Shown here: one piece after another, positions 1 through 12,400 of the stretch
Layout: the number at the start of each line of letters is the position of its first letter
How positions within the stretch are numbered: position 1 is the stretch's first letter
Source of the DNA: Intoshia linei
Lineage: Eukaryota; Animalia; Orthonectida
Length of the DNA stretch: 64,000 nucleotides
Assembly: GCA_001642005.1 (NCBI GenBank)
Contig: LWCA01000048.1
Span: 1-64,000, forward strand
Direction: 5' to 3'
Notes under the pieces: generated by a model
Databases searched by the model: none
What the model was told of the DNA's origin: nothing
The model's input: the letters and a program-made list of their open reading frames with translations, nothing else
Translations under genes and position numbers: made by a program

Positions 1-609
1 GATGTGGTATTAATTATTGATTATACTTCTGGTGTTGAAGAGTATTATAATGTAGTTGAAACTATATCCAATAAAATAATATACGGTTTGAATTATCAAA
101 AAAACTATAAATTGGCTATGGTAATGTTCGGAGAAAAGGCAGGTTTTATTTCAATTTATATTTTAATTATTCATTTCTATCTGCAATGCAGATTTTCTAT
201 TCATAATATATTTTTAGATGTCATCTTTGATTTCAATGAATATTCAAAACCTCAAGATATGATTGAATTTTTGAGAATTCCAGACTATGAAGAAGGATCG
301 GATTCATACCGAGCTTTCAAATTAGTCAATGATGAATTAATTAATTTTCCTTCTTTAAACAAACGTGTCATTATTTTTATGACAAATATAAAATCGAGTA
401 ACAAGATTGACTTTGTCGTTTCTGAATCTGATAAATCAAAACTATTGGGAGCTGAAATATTTACTTTTGGAATCGGTTCGTATTATGATCGTGATGAATT
501 AAAAGCAATTGCTTCAATTGATGATGATCTACATGTTAATGTATTAGTTGACTACTCCATCGAATCAGCTAATAAATTGTCTCTGGATATTTTGAATAAT
601 TTTTGTTAG
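1..609 (+). CDS. 3' end of a von Willebrand factor A (vWA) domain protein, 5' truncated by the window
   Basis: DVVLIIDYTSG beta-1 strand with degenerate MIDAS, KRVIIFMTN and EIFTFGIG...ELKAIAS vWA signatures. Probable in-frame 75-nt intron 143-217 (GT..TTTTAG). AATAAA at about 640. Confidence 0.8.
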   Translation, partial: DVVLIIDYTSGVEEYYNVVETISNKIIYGLNYQKNYKLAMVMFGEKAGFISIYILIIHFYLQCRFSIHNIFLDVIFDFNEYSKPQDMIEFLRIPDYEEGSDSYRAFKLVNDELINFPSLNKRVIIFMTNIKSSNKIDFVVSESDKSKLLGAEIFTFGIGSYYDRDELKAIASIDDDLHVNVLVDYSIESANKLSLDILNNFC

Positions 610-1417
610 TTTTACATTTGTAGTTAAATGTATATCTTTAATAAATAATGTAATACTTTATATCCATGTTATACAAAAAATTATTACTATTTATTATTAT
701 TGTAACTATCTTTTAATTATAGAAAATTTAATATGCTGTGAGATATGGCTGGAAATCTTATAAATTAATTCTTTTGGTTATTTTTTTATTGCTACGCAAT
801 TTTTTATTTTCAAAAACTTTAAAATCGTTTCAAGTACATTTTTGTTATTATCATTTATATATTTATTAGAATGTTGGTAAAATCCACGTTTAAAAACTTA
901 AATGGCCCCATTTTTTTAAAAAACGAAAATGAAAAATATTGAAATTTTTCAATCGTAATGTAGTTTATTAAATTTAATGAAATTTGTGATTATGCGATCA
1001 AAACCTTAATTTATCCTTTATATAATATTTTTATTTAATATATTATGATAAATATTTTTCTAACAATAATATTCATTACAATAATAATACAATATTTAAT
1101 AAGATTTAGTTTTTACAAATAAGAATAGATATAAATTTGAATTGAATCATTACTGTAAAAATTTTTTCAAATCTTTAAAAATTGGGTGAAAAAAAACTTC
1201 CCTTAAAAACCCCATCAAATTTTGGTCCCAAAATTATCTTTAAAACATTTAAAAATTTGGTGAAAAAAAATAAATTATAATTAAAAAAGCGCTTGTAGCA
1301 ACGATTTATACATAAAACTGTCATGTTAACACCATAATACCAGTTTGATAATAATTGTCTAGTTTATAATTAAACACAAACTGGATTTTTAAAAAATTAT
1401 TTAACTGCAATTTGGAA

Positions 1418-3185
1418 ATGAATCTTGTCGAAAAATTGACCGAACCCATCAACAAGTTGGAATCATCAGAAAATGAAGTGGACCATAGCCATAATTTACT
1501 GGAGTTTGTAAAAAATTCAAACCACTTTGTACAAGCCTCAGACAGTATTTTTAAATCTGTACCAAAAATAATTGATGATTTGTACATTGAATGGATTGAA
1601 TGTTATAGAGAATATCGCTATATACCAAAATATCAGGACCTGCTATGTTCAACCCATTTAATTGGTTCTTACGGTTTGGATGTACTTTCCCGTGACAGCG
1701 ATATTGACATTCTATGTGTAGCCAGTAAAGAAATCAAAAGAAATGACTTTTTTACAAAATTTGCTCAATACATTGAAGACAACCTAGATTGCAATTTAAA
1801 CGTACTTTTGATATTCATTTTTAATAGTTTTCATGTATTTAATTATTAATTTTTAAATTTACTAGTCAGCTGCAGTCTGTTATGTGCCCGTCATCAATAT
1901 GGCTTACAAAAAAATTAAGGTTTTCATTATTAATTATTTATGAAAATTAAACCATAGATTGATATCGTATTTTCACAAGTAACGGCTAGTATACCTAAAA
2001 ACGAACAATCCCTTGATGCCATCAAAACAATATCAAACTCTGCAAAATGTGAACGCACTATCAATGCATATCGAAATCTGGTTTACATAAAAATGATTGC
2101 TCCCAACTTTAATAAATATAGAAATTGTGTCAAAGTCGTTAAAATGTGGGCGAAAAGTAGAATATTTTTATTTTTGTATTTTTAATTTTTTAGACAAGCT
2201 AATTTACTCAAATTGTGTCGGTTATCTCGGAGGGATAGCGTGGTACATTTTGGTGTTGAAGGTGATGTTGTTATACCCCAATGCAACTTGTTGTGTTATT
2301 TTTGAAAAAGTCTTGTATTACATTTCTCATAGGTACTTTTAATTTTTCTTCAATCAGTTTACATTTTTATTTATAGGGATTGGAATAAGCCAGTTAGTTT
2401 GGTTAAATTTCACAATGAAAATTCATTCAAAAATCGAAAGAGAGGTGCCAATTATATGACTATTTTTACTCCTATTTTACCTCATCAAAATACCGCTTAT
2501 AACGTTACCGAATCTTCAAAAGTTAAAATTATCAGAGAAGCTAAAAAAGCATTATCATTGGTAGTTAAAATTTTACATGGTTACGCGAATGTTGATTGGG
2601 AAATGGTGTTGAGGCCACAGAATTTTTTTGAAAATTACCAGTTTTATATTATGATACGTGTTATTTCAATGAACTTGAAGTATTGTTATAAATGGCAAAC
2701 TTTTGTTTATTCCAGGTTGAGAAATCTTATTGAACTACTTGATGGAACAAAATACATTAAAGAAGCACACACTTACCCAAAACGACTTATGAATATTAAT
2801 CATCCATTTCAAAGCGATAGGTTTTATTTTGTTGGAATCGAAATCGACAAAGATTTGTATGGGTATTTATTTATTTATATGCATTTATCAAGGCAGCCCT
2901 CGTTATATGAATTTTTTCTTTGCACTATTAAGAAATGATTTAAAGACTCAAAATTTTTCTAGTCAATCAAAAATATATTAATATATACATTGATATATAT
3001 TAATAGTTCATTTTAGTTCCATGGCATTGCTCGATTTAAATATCCAAAAAAAATTGTTTCTTTCTGGTTTATCGGGAGAAACCAGCATTGATCCTACAAA
3101 AGTTAGCGTAAAATTTGATCTTATCCCTAAAGAAAGAATTGACAGTGTCGTTGCATGTTTGGTAGATGAAGTGAAGCATATATAA
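1418..3185 (+). CDS. PAP: Canonical-family poly(A) polymerase, about 475 aa, 6 exons, no long C-terminal tail
   Basis: Spliced product has GSYGLDVLSRDSDID plus IDIVF (three catalytic Asp), VPVI, KMWAK.KLIYSNCVGYLGGIAW, MTIFTPILPHQNTAYNVTES and SRLRNLI. Introns at about 1802-1865, 1920-1957, 2157-2193, 2332-2376 and 2863-3016. Stop at 3183-3185. Confidence 0.92.
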
Positions 3186-3248
3186 TAATGAATAATATTT
3201 TAAATATTTTATTTGTTTATAACATCCTATTTTAATTATATATTTTAA

Positions 3249-4217
3249 CTAATTGTCTATTATATTTATTAGTAATTTGCTGATCAAATCTAACAGAATG
3301 TCGCATTCATCGAGTAGGTCCATTTGGTGAGACATGAGATTTAGTAGGACAGCATAATATTGTGCAGAATGTGGTGCATCTTGTCCTTCTATATTTAGTG
3401 TAACTTGAGTTTTGTTGTCTTTTATCTGTATATGTTTATCAATAGTGTCTTGCTTGTAATCCTCCAAGTTGACTGAATCTATATTTTCCTGAAAAATGCC
3501 AATAAAAACATTTTGAATGATAAAAAATCCCACAAATATCCACGTTAAAATAAATATGGTTGATTGAACATAGTTTTCACCTTGCTGGAGTTGTTTGTGA
3601 AATTTATCCCAATCATCCAGTGTAAACAATTTAAATAATTGTATGGCACCGGTGTAAAGTCCCGTAAAGGTTGTTTTAGTTTTGAAGAAATGTACCCCTA
3701 AAAGATCAAATATGTACCCAAACAATAGTAGCATGAGTAGAACAATCAAAACTTCTTTCATTGCTCTGAAGGTTGCGCTGCTCAATGTAACTAATGTTTT
3801 TGAATATGAAATGAGACTGATTACACGGAATACCTTTATGCTTTGAAGGAATGTTAAAAATATGCGTAATGATGAATATGTCTCGTTTATGGATGTTTTG
3901 GTTTTATATTGATCTAATTGAATTTCACAATTATTTTGGGTTGTGTTGTTTTCAACAATAGAGTCTACATAAAATTGGATAAACATTGATGCAAAAGATG
4001 CAATTATTAGTAGTATTTCAGCCAAAATTGGTAAGTTTATGCAAACTCTTTTTTTTATATATATTTGCGCGACAACCCTGTCCAAAAATGCCAATGCCAG
4101 AAGTGTCAATTCGATGTAGTGCATTGAATTTCCATTTTTTATTTTATCATTTTTCCGATGAGATATGCTATCTGTTTGATAACTTAATATCAATATGGTA
4201 AAAATCATTAGCCCCAT
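3249..4217 (-). CDS. Single-domain 6TM cation channel, CatSper alpha-subunit-like; true start probably in a short upstream exon near 4369
   Basis: Six hydrophobic segments, pore FTLDDW, S6 FILTWIFVGFFIIQNVFIGIFQEN. Splice acceptor at 4228-4229. Confidence 0.75.
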   Translation of the reverse strand: MGLMIFTILILSYQTDSISHRKNDKIKNGNSMHYIELTLLALAFLDRVVAQIYIKKRVCINLPILAEILLIIASFASMFIQFYVDSIVENNTTQNNCEIQLDQYKTKTSINETYSSLRIFLTFLQSIKVFRVISLISYSKTLVTLSSATFRAMKEVLIVLLMLLLFGYIFDLLGVHFFKTKTTFTGLYTGAIQLFKLFTLDDWDKFHKQLQQGENYVQSTIFILTWIFVGFFIIQNVFIGIFQENIDSVNLEDYKQDTIDKHIQIKDNKTQVTLNIEGQDAPHSAQYYAVLLNLMSHQMDLLDECDILLDLISKLLINIIDN

Positions 4218-4605
4218 TGATAGGTATCTAATATATTATTATATTATTTTTAAATTTTAAATATTTTATAACCATATCAAGATTTGAAATGAGTGCTTTA
4301 CTGTAGTAATCAGGATGTAAACTACCGTACCCGATAGTCTCTGGAAGAGAGTCTCTTCGGAAACGTCATTTTTCAAAATGAGCATTTAACCCTTTACTAC
4401 TCGCGCATGGACATTTTATTTTTGTTCATATCAACCATTTTGTGTAAAAAATTTAAACTGTCAATCTCAGACCCATGGAAAGGTGAATATGGGTAAATGG
4501 CATTACACATCACTAGTGATTGTGCCCAGAAAAAACCGGGACGAAATTTCCGTGTTGTCCCGAAAATTGTTTTATCCTACAGTTCATGGAAACTATGCCA
4601 TATAC

Positions 4606-4796
4606 CAGTGGTTTTCAACCTTTTTGTGTTTGCGACCCCCTTATAAGCATAAAAAGTTTTCGCAACTCTTAAATTTACTATATACTCCAAACATCTTATC
4701 AATTTACATAAATGAAAATATTAAAAAAGCATATTCAGTTTTATTTATATTTCATACTGTGTTCAAATTCTCACGACCCCCGGTTGAAAACCACTT
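4606..4796. mobile_element. hAT-type MITE, near-twin of 47230-47422
   Basis: TIR CAGTGGTTTTCAACC...GGTTGAAAACCACT; internal sequence aligns by eye with the copy at 47230. Confidence 0.85.
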
Positions 4797-6405
4797 TTCA
4801 CTAAATAAGTCACTTTTTCATAATTAACGCCATATTTTCAAATCTTTAAGATTTTTTTTCAAAACTAAAATCAATTTTATTTTTTGGTTACTGATCACGG
4901 GTGCCAGACTCAATTTGGTTGGCGGGCTAAATGTTTATTGCATTATGGTTATTGCGTTATAATGAATATTTATCAATAACCAAGAAAATAAAACTAAATT
5001 TAGTTTTAAAAAAACGACTTTATGTAGTGAAAATGTCTATATCTAAAAATTAAATATAACTAATTGGAGTGATATAATAGAGGATTTTATTATACGATAA
5101 TAATGGTAGACTTAAGAAATTTTCCAACATTACCTATTAATAAACTTAAAAAGTAGACCCTCATGATTGTACGTCAGGGCTATATGCCTTCTTAACTTCT
5201 CTCTATGACCCTAAGATGACCATTTTTTGTTGGCGACACATATTTTAATCTCAAAAAATTTCGCAACACACCAATCAAAAAAATAAACGATAGATTAATA
5301 AATATAGTTGAACCAATTTTTTTCGAATAATAATTTGAAAATTAGGTATGTAAAATTTATCATTATCACTAAAAACATCTTTGATTTGCATTTTTACGTC
5401 TTCCAATTGTATTGTCTGCTAATGGAATTTAAAAAAAACCGGTTGGAAAGCACAGATGTATATTAACTGGAAAACGCTGTATCAGCCATGATTTTTTTAA
5501 ATTCTAAGATTATACTCTAAATTAGACTTGTAGAATTATATTTATCACAAAATTGTTTTTAAAATGCTTTAAACAAATGTTAACAAAGTAAAATTAAATG
5601 GTAATAATTAAGTTTAAATTAAAATATAATGTGAGATGACTGGTCCGTGGTAAATAGAGTTTGGAAATCACTCTTTTAACAGATTGATAATAGTGAATAA
5701 TATCATTTTTAAGTTAGTTTTTCTTATTAAATTTATTTTTTTGGTAAAATAAAAAATATCCGCCCTCGGCAGAGCTAGGTGCTGTTTAGCTTACATAACA
5801 TAACAGTCAACCTAGTTCAATGATATAATAAACATGTTCCATTTAAATTTTTATAATAAGTTTAAATCAGTATTTAGCGATTCAAATAGTGTACGGATTC
5901 CCATTTCAAAATATTTATTTTTTTTGGATTCCAAAGGAAACATCAAATATAAAACATTCATAAAAAATTTATAATATGCATACAGCTATATTGACATAAT
6001 AATATTAATTAATTTAAAAAAATCATTACTTCAAGTAATCTAATAAGTGATCTGCAAATAATGTTATTATTAATGCATTACAATATAAATCTTATGTTAT
6101 AAGCCAGGAGCTCCCACACTTTTATCATAGCGGGTATGTAATAAATTATAAAATTTATCGCGGACCATTAAAGCAAAATTACTAGGCGATATTACTAAAA
6201 ATTTTTCATGACTGGAGGATTTTCAATACTATTTCGGGCTATAACTGTACTAAGTTTACTAACCGATTCTACTTTTTTGACATGTACGACGGTGTGATCA
6301 TTCGTCAAAATTTTTACACTTTATCATGGGTACACTGATGTAAAACTATGAGAATCGCTTACTACGATGCACATTTAAAGTAATATGATATATTAATAAA
6401 TGACA

Positions 6406-6914
6406 TTACTTGTAATATTTAAATTCACAATATTTGACAATTAATCTCATAATTTTGCTTATGCGTGTAATTCCATCTTTATGAGTACAATTTGTCACAT
6501 TTAAACTTCCTTTGACATTATTAAATTCAAACAAGCTTTTTGAATTTAAATTATACTTGTGTACGTCATCTTCGTTTACGTTACCATTTTTTGTATTTTC
6601 AACGCAATCGACAAAATCTTTATACTTTTGCATTGAATTGAATTCATCTATTTTGTAAAATTAAAATTTTAAATATTTTACCTTCAATAATATTTGACTC
6701 ATTTTCAATTTCAAATAGTTCAAATAATTTAAATTGAAAGTATTTCCCCTTCTTTGAAACGGGATAGTTTTTTAAATCAGATAAAGTCAAATCGTTTTTC
6801 ATTATTAACGCAAATGCATATAAAACAGTACTACGGAAATTAATTTTATTATTTTACATTTTATATAACAAATCATAAATAATTATGAATATTATTAACA
6901 TTTAATAATTCCAT
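6406..6914 (-). CDS. Small lineage-specific protein of unknown function
   Basis: An exon at about 6683-6830 splices in frame across a short GT-AG intron into ORF 6406-6633 (..IIE-DEFNSMQKYKDFVDC..). Start exon uncertain; no recognisable domain. Confidence 0.4.
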
Positions 6915-7051
6915 TTATATATATGATTCCTAATTTCATTTTTAAATTTGAGAAAATAATATATCAAATAATTAGTCATAAATTCAATAGTTTAATATTT
7001 AATATCATTTATAAATCAGTAAAAGCTGACTGCAATAACAGGTTAACTTAA

Positions 7052-8686
7052 CCCGTTAGTGGTCGCGCTTTTTAATAACATAAACGCTCGTAGACGCGAA
7101 AAAGTGATAGATTTTTATGAATAAAAAATGTGCCACGAATCAATAAAACATGTTAGTTTGCATGATTTCATTGTTTTAATAGGGTTGTTTTTAGAACATT
7201 TTTTACAAATAAATGAATGCTGATTGTTTGAAACGCATACTTGTACGGTTTTTTAACACTGAAAATTTTAGTGAAATTACAAAAATAATATCTTCGCCGT
7301 TTTGAACAGGTAACAAGTCTAAAAAAATAAATTAATTTTTTATCCTTACTTATACATGCTAATAATATGATATGCAATATTTATTTGTGTGAGTGTGTGT
7401 TACGGTTTATTTCAGTAACTACCAGTCTTAGAATTTTATAAAGTCCACATTTCAATTACAGTTTTGTCCAGGGGTGTTAGCAAAATAAATTCCAACCTCC
7501 CAAACTGACCTATTACGGGTCAAAAAGCCGAATTCTCCTTTTTTTTTGAAAATCAAACGAGTTCGAGAATTTAAAAATCATATATACTCTGATACGGATT
7601 TTAAAATCATAAACATTAGCATAAATTTAAATTGAAAAAAATATACCTTCAGGGTCAAAACCACAAATTACCCTTTTTTTATGAAAACAGCCATATAATT
7701 TAAAAAACCTACATTTGTACAGTTGTATCCTGTTAATACAATCAAAAAATTTCAATCTGAATAAATGACGACTTCTCGGTCAAAAAAGCACTTTAGTATT
7801 CATATATTTTTTTTCCGAAATATTTTATTAAAACAAAAAATGTAAAATAATTAACGGTTCGAAAATTAAAAAAATAAATTATTCTGATAGAGCTTATTCC
7901 AGTTAATATAAAAACAAAATTTCAACCCCAGAAATTTACGCATTCCCGGTGAAAAATAATTGTTAATATATTATCAACCAATATTTTCAAATATAAAAAT
8001 TCGAAATAAAAATTAAAAATGTAAATATTGATCCTACAATTTCAAAAAAACAGTGCATTTAACCTCTACACATTTCCAATAAAGAAATATGGGTGACAAT
8101 CTATTTAATTCATTCCTTCGCAATTTTTAAATATCAAATTCTCATTTCCAAAATATTTTGTTTCAAATTTACATTTAAACTACAACAACGATTGCTAAAA
8201 GTAATACAACTTTGTTATTATATTTTTTTATATTTATTACACTTCTTTGCAATATTGGTAAAATTCACCTGAAATGTTTATAATGTTTATAAAATGTTGA
8301 TTCCGTTAATTATTGATACTGAATATATATTATCACATTGAAAATGACAAAATAGGTTTTTATAATTTTATTTTTTCTGGAATTTATGCTATTTTGACAA
8401 AATTTTTAATGAGTGTTTTTACTTTATTGTTAAGATTATACAACTCATTCTGTCTAATAAATTACACTGTTTTTATTTTATTTTTAATATACCAAAAAAT
8501 ATGCTATTTTCCAGAAGAATACCTGTAAAACGGTACTACTCAACGTAAAACACCATAAAAAATTTCATGGGACATATTTATAATTTATTTTATAGCTCAT
8601 ATGATATAAATGCTGCAAATTTATATGCTGACTAAATTTTATTGAATGAAATCGTCCATAAAATGGACACTGCGAGCTCTAAAGGG
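7052..8686 (-). mobile_element. Decayed piggyBac-like element with a nested Helitron
   Basis: TTAA flanks at 7048-7051 and 8687-8690. Imperfect TIRs CCCGTTAGTGGTCGC / CCCTTTAGAGCTCGC. Frameshifted Cys-rich transposase tail relic at about 7190-7310. A related end lies at about 4386-4420. Confidence 0.7.
7343..8270 (+). mobile_element. Non-autonomous Helitron family copy, 3' end missing
   Basis: Starts A|TCCTTACTTATA then a GT microsatellite; body shared with copies at 23485, 35170, 57108 and 60088-61187. Confidence 0.75.
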
Positions 8687-9424
8687 TTAAAAGTTATGTA
8701 TTATTGTTAATAAAAGTCATCGCTCTGAAATAAAATAAATATTAATGCGACACATTTGAATACAGCTACAAAATACAGTATTAGATATTAGTAAATAAGT
8801 CCCAATGGAATCCATAGTATAAACGACTAATGTACTCATATACGACGGATTACATGGAAAATGTAAATATGACTGAGTCGAAATTTACGAGTCATTTATC
8901 GATGTAAGAACGCAAGTATTGATTAGTTGTGTCTATTTCTATGGAGCATTGCGCTAAATTTGCTACATCTTGTAATTTTCGGTAATACTATTGTGTATAA
9001 CGCTATCCATAATCGATCTCGAAGACACAAATATTCCTCTACTAAAAAGTTGTCAATAAAGCTACATTTAATTGATCGATTTGAAAAATTTTATACATAT
9101 CGTGCGATGATTAAACTTCCTTTTACTTTCAACAGACTGAATGACTGGGCGAAAAGATCGGTATTATATCAAGATATATTTGTGCTAATGCATTGTGAAT
9201 GAAATTAACTAACCTACTTGATCAAGCTTGCAAAAACTAATTCCTTGTAAATATTTCACAGACATGCATGGCACAAATACTGTTTTTGTTCATTTTTCAT
9301 TTAAGTTTAGTCAATCAAATATAAAAATAGCTTAAAGCCATCAAATAGCCATAGTGGTTCAGATTCTCTTAATTATGACATAAATAAGGTGAAAACTAGT
9401 GATTACAGCAGCACTACCTCTAAA

Positions 9425-12400
9425 ATGTCAAATGGAAATGGTGCTGTTTCTGACAAATCCAAAGTATCGTCATCAGATTCAAATTCCAAAAAATGTAAAA
9501 TATATACCTGTCGCATTACTTTACTGAACGAATTTAGCGAAACTATTCAACTAAAGGTATTCACTTTTTTATGTTTATTTTGCGTCTTTACTAATAATTA
9601 TAATTGGTAGACTAAAATTAATATCTTGTACATTATTGTTTAACGTTATTATTGTTCATGTGTATTACAATTTAATTTTAATGTGTTTTTAGAACTATTC
9701 ATTTAGTAAATATTTTTTTAGAGTAATGTTTAATAATATATTAATGGTTTTGTATTTAGGTTCACAAAAGTCATCAAATTCTAGGAGAACTAGTGTTTAA
9801 AACACTTTGTTCTCAGTTAAATATTGTTGAAAAGGAATTTTTCCAATTAACATATAATAAAAATGGAAATCAAGTAATTTTATCTAAAAATCATAATTTC
9901 GTTCTAATATTCGAATAAATCAGCTAATACCATTTTCAGCAGAGCCGTTTTAAGGCATGGGCAATATAGGCTGTAGCCCAGGGTCACTCATTAATAAAAG
10001 TACTTTACATTTATATCTTAAAAAGAGGCCCAATTTCTTTCAATGGTGACTGCATGGTGCATATTTTCAAATGAAAAAGTAAACTTTGTTCATTAATTAT
10101 AAGTAAGTTTTTGTAAAAGAAATAAAAGTTACTAAAAACCTACATAATATCTTTTAATGATTTTATTAATACTCAATGAAATAAGACTCTAAGTCTCCAA
10201 CCAACAGTATGCCCTGTTTTCTAAAAATGGACCCTAAATTTTTTTTTTATAGCTTTGCACAAAACTTTAAAGGCCTCCGGTTCTTTGATAGCTCAGAGCC
10301 ACGAAGTGGCTTAAGACGGCTCTGATTTTGAGTGAATGATATCATTGCATATCAATAATGATAATTATCGTTCGGTTGGTGGCGGTTCATAAATAGATAA
10401 TAAGATGAGACATACTAGTCAATGCAACTTTTTACCACGATAGGATTGCAATTTAAATTTCAAGTTTTTTTTGGGTAAAATATTATATTTAGAGACATAT
10501 GTGAGAACCTGATAAAAATAATTTGTATCACCCGGTATCTCAAAAAATTGGAGATAGCAATCATTGTCACCATGAGAAATCTTATTTGTGAAATTTTTAC
10601 TTTATTACTCGGAAAATCATAGATATTGCAGATACTATATGTGTTTCTCAAGAGACCGCTACGAAAATTGGTGAAAACCAAAATAACATTCTTTTCATGA
10701 ACTTAGTCAATGTTTTCAAAAATTTTTAAATTGAAATGGACAATTTTAGAGATTGTTGTTTTTATAAAAAATTGGTATCGTTGACTTTTCTATTAAGTTG
10801 TATTTATAACTTTAAAGGTAAATACTACATCAAAAAATCACATTTTTGTACAATACTATTTTTGAAAAAATAGTGAGATTCGTTAATTGAAAATGCTTGA
10901 ACAAAACACTTACAAAGCCTTGGAATGTCTGTAAAAAACTTTTTTAGGAAGTGGTGATTCGGTCGTTTCAAGTTTGAAAACTACTGGGTTATAGGTTTAT
11001 GGGTTTATTAATTATTTCAAATTTTTTTATTATATGCTTATTTATAATTTAAATGAAACAATAATTATACAATTTAGGTCCCGTTAAACTTAGACAAACC
11101 ACTGTTCAAACAAGTTCCAAGTAATTTTTTGTTAAATTCAATAGCACTCCCATTATTCACCAAAATTTTGTTTAAAAATAAATCTATAAAATATTTTCAT
11201 ATTTTGGTCACTCTGTAATTAAAATAAATTTATAATTGTGGAATGAAATATATTGTTTTTGTATAGGTGTAAATATATAAAATAATATTAAAAATATTGT
11301 TTTGAATTTGATCCTTATTTCTGTTATAATTGAATACTTATTCAATGGTTTTTATCTTGGTTCGGGACCATGGAGAACCAAGTGTGGACCATTTCAAGTG
11401 AAAATTGTAGACACTATATAAAAAATGAAATATTATATTTCTTTATCCATTAGAGTTCTGCATGGGATAATGTTGAGGTGATGTGTACGAACGAAACAAA
11501 ATTTTTTGTCTGAAACACGATCCGAAGTTCCTGTTCGGATCCTGTCGCAGAATTCTACTATCGATTGCCTAATGCGGTAGCTGTCGAACTTTTTTTAGTG
11601 TTACCCTGCAAGTAGAGCTTCCAATTTAATTTTGATTTCGAATTAATTCGTTATTTAATTGCAAGAATAAAATTTTTTCATTGTACCCTAAGAATACAAT
11701 TTTACCTATTCATTTAGAATGGTAGATTCCATCATATAGACTCTAGCCCCTCTACACGGCCCTATCGGCATATTTTAGGATTCATATAAAAATTATAATC
11801 ATAAATTATGGTTTAAGAATATAAAAAAATTGTTTCTGGACACCTCAAAATCTAAGCAGACACAGACTGGTATCTGCTGTGTTCAGTAGAAAAGATTATA
11901 AGTCTTGTTTTAATGCAGGGGTTCTCAACCTTTTAAAACCAACACTCCATTACAAAATAATTCATAAATTCTAATTCAACTGATAAAATGAACTGTAATT
12001 TTTATAAAATCAATAATAATGAAAAAAAGGTAAATAATTTGTATTTATTTCCATGTGATCCTCGCCTAGTGATTGAGTGCTAACTCTTTAATTTTTGGTT
12101 TTATGCTGTTAATTTAATAACGATATCTGCCTTTGACATGTGTTAATTTTGTTTCTATCTTTACTTAATATTTTCTTTACAGAACTGAATCCACTTTTAA
12201 CCATGTTAAAATGTAGATGTTAAAAAAACAATAATATCCTTGTCATTTCAGAATGCATCAGTGAATAAAGACATTTTAAAGGCTCTCACCCCCATAATGC
12301 AAAATACATCAGGTCCTAATTTTTTAATCAATATCAAAAATAACATATTTTATATTTTTAATAATATTGGTTGCAGCGCCCCTAAATTTTGAAAACTCCC

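Noticed and set aside
4483-4827. 114-aa ORF
   Set aside because: Runs through a hAT MITE, starts at GTG, no domain.
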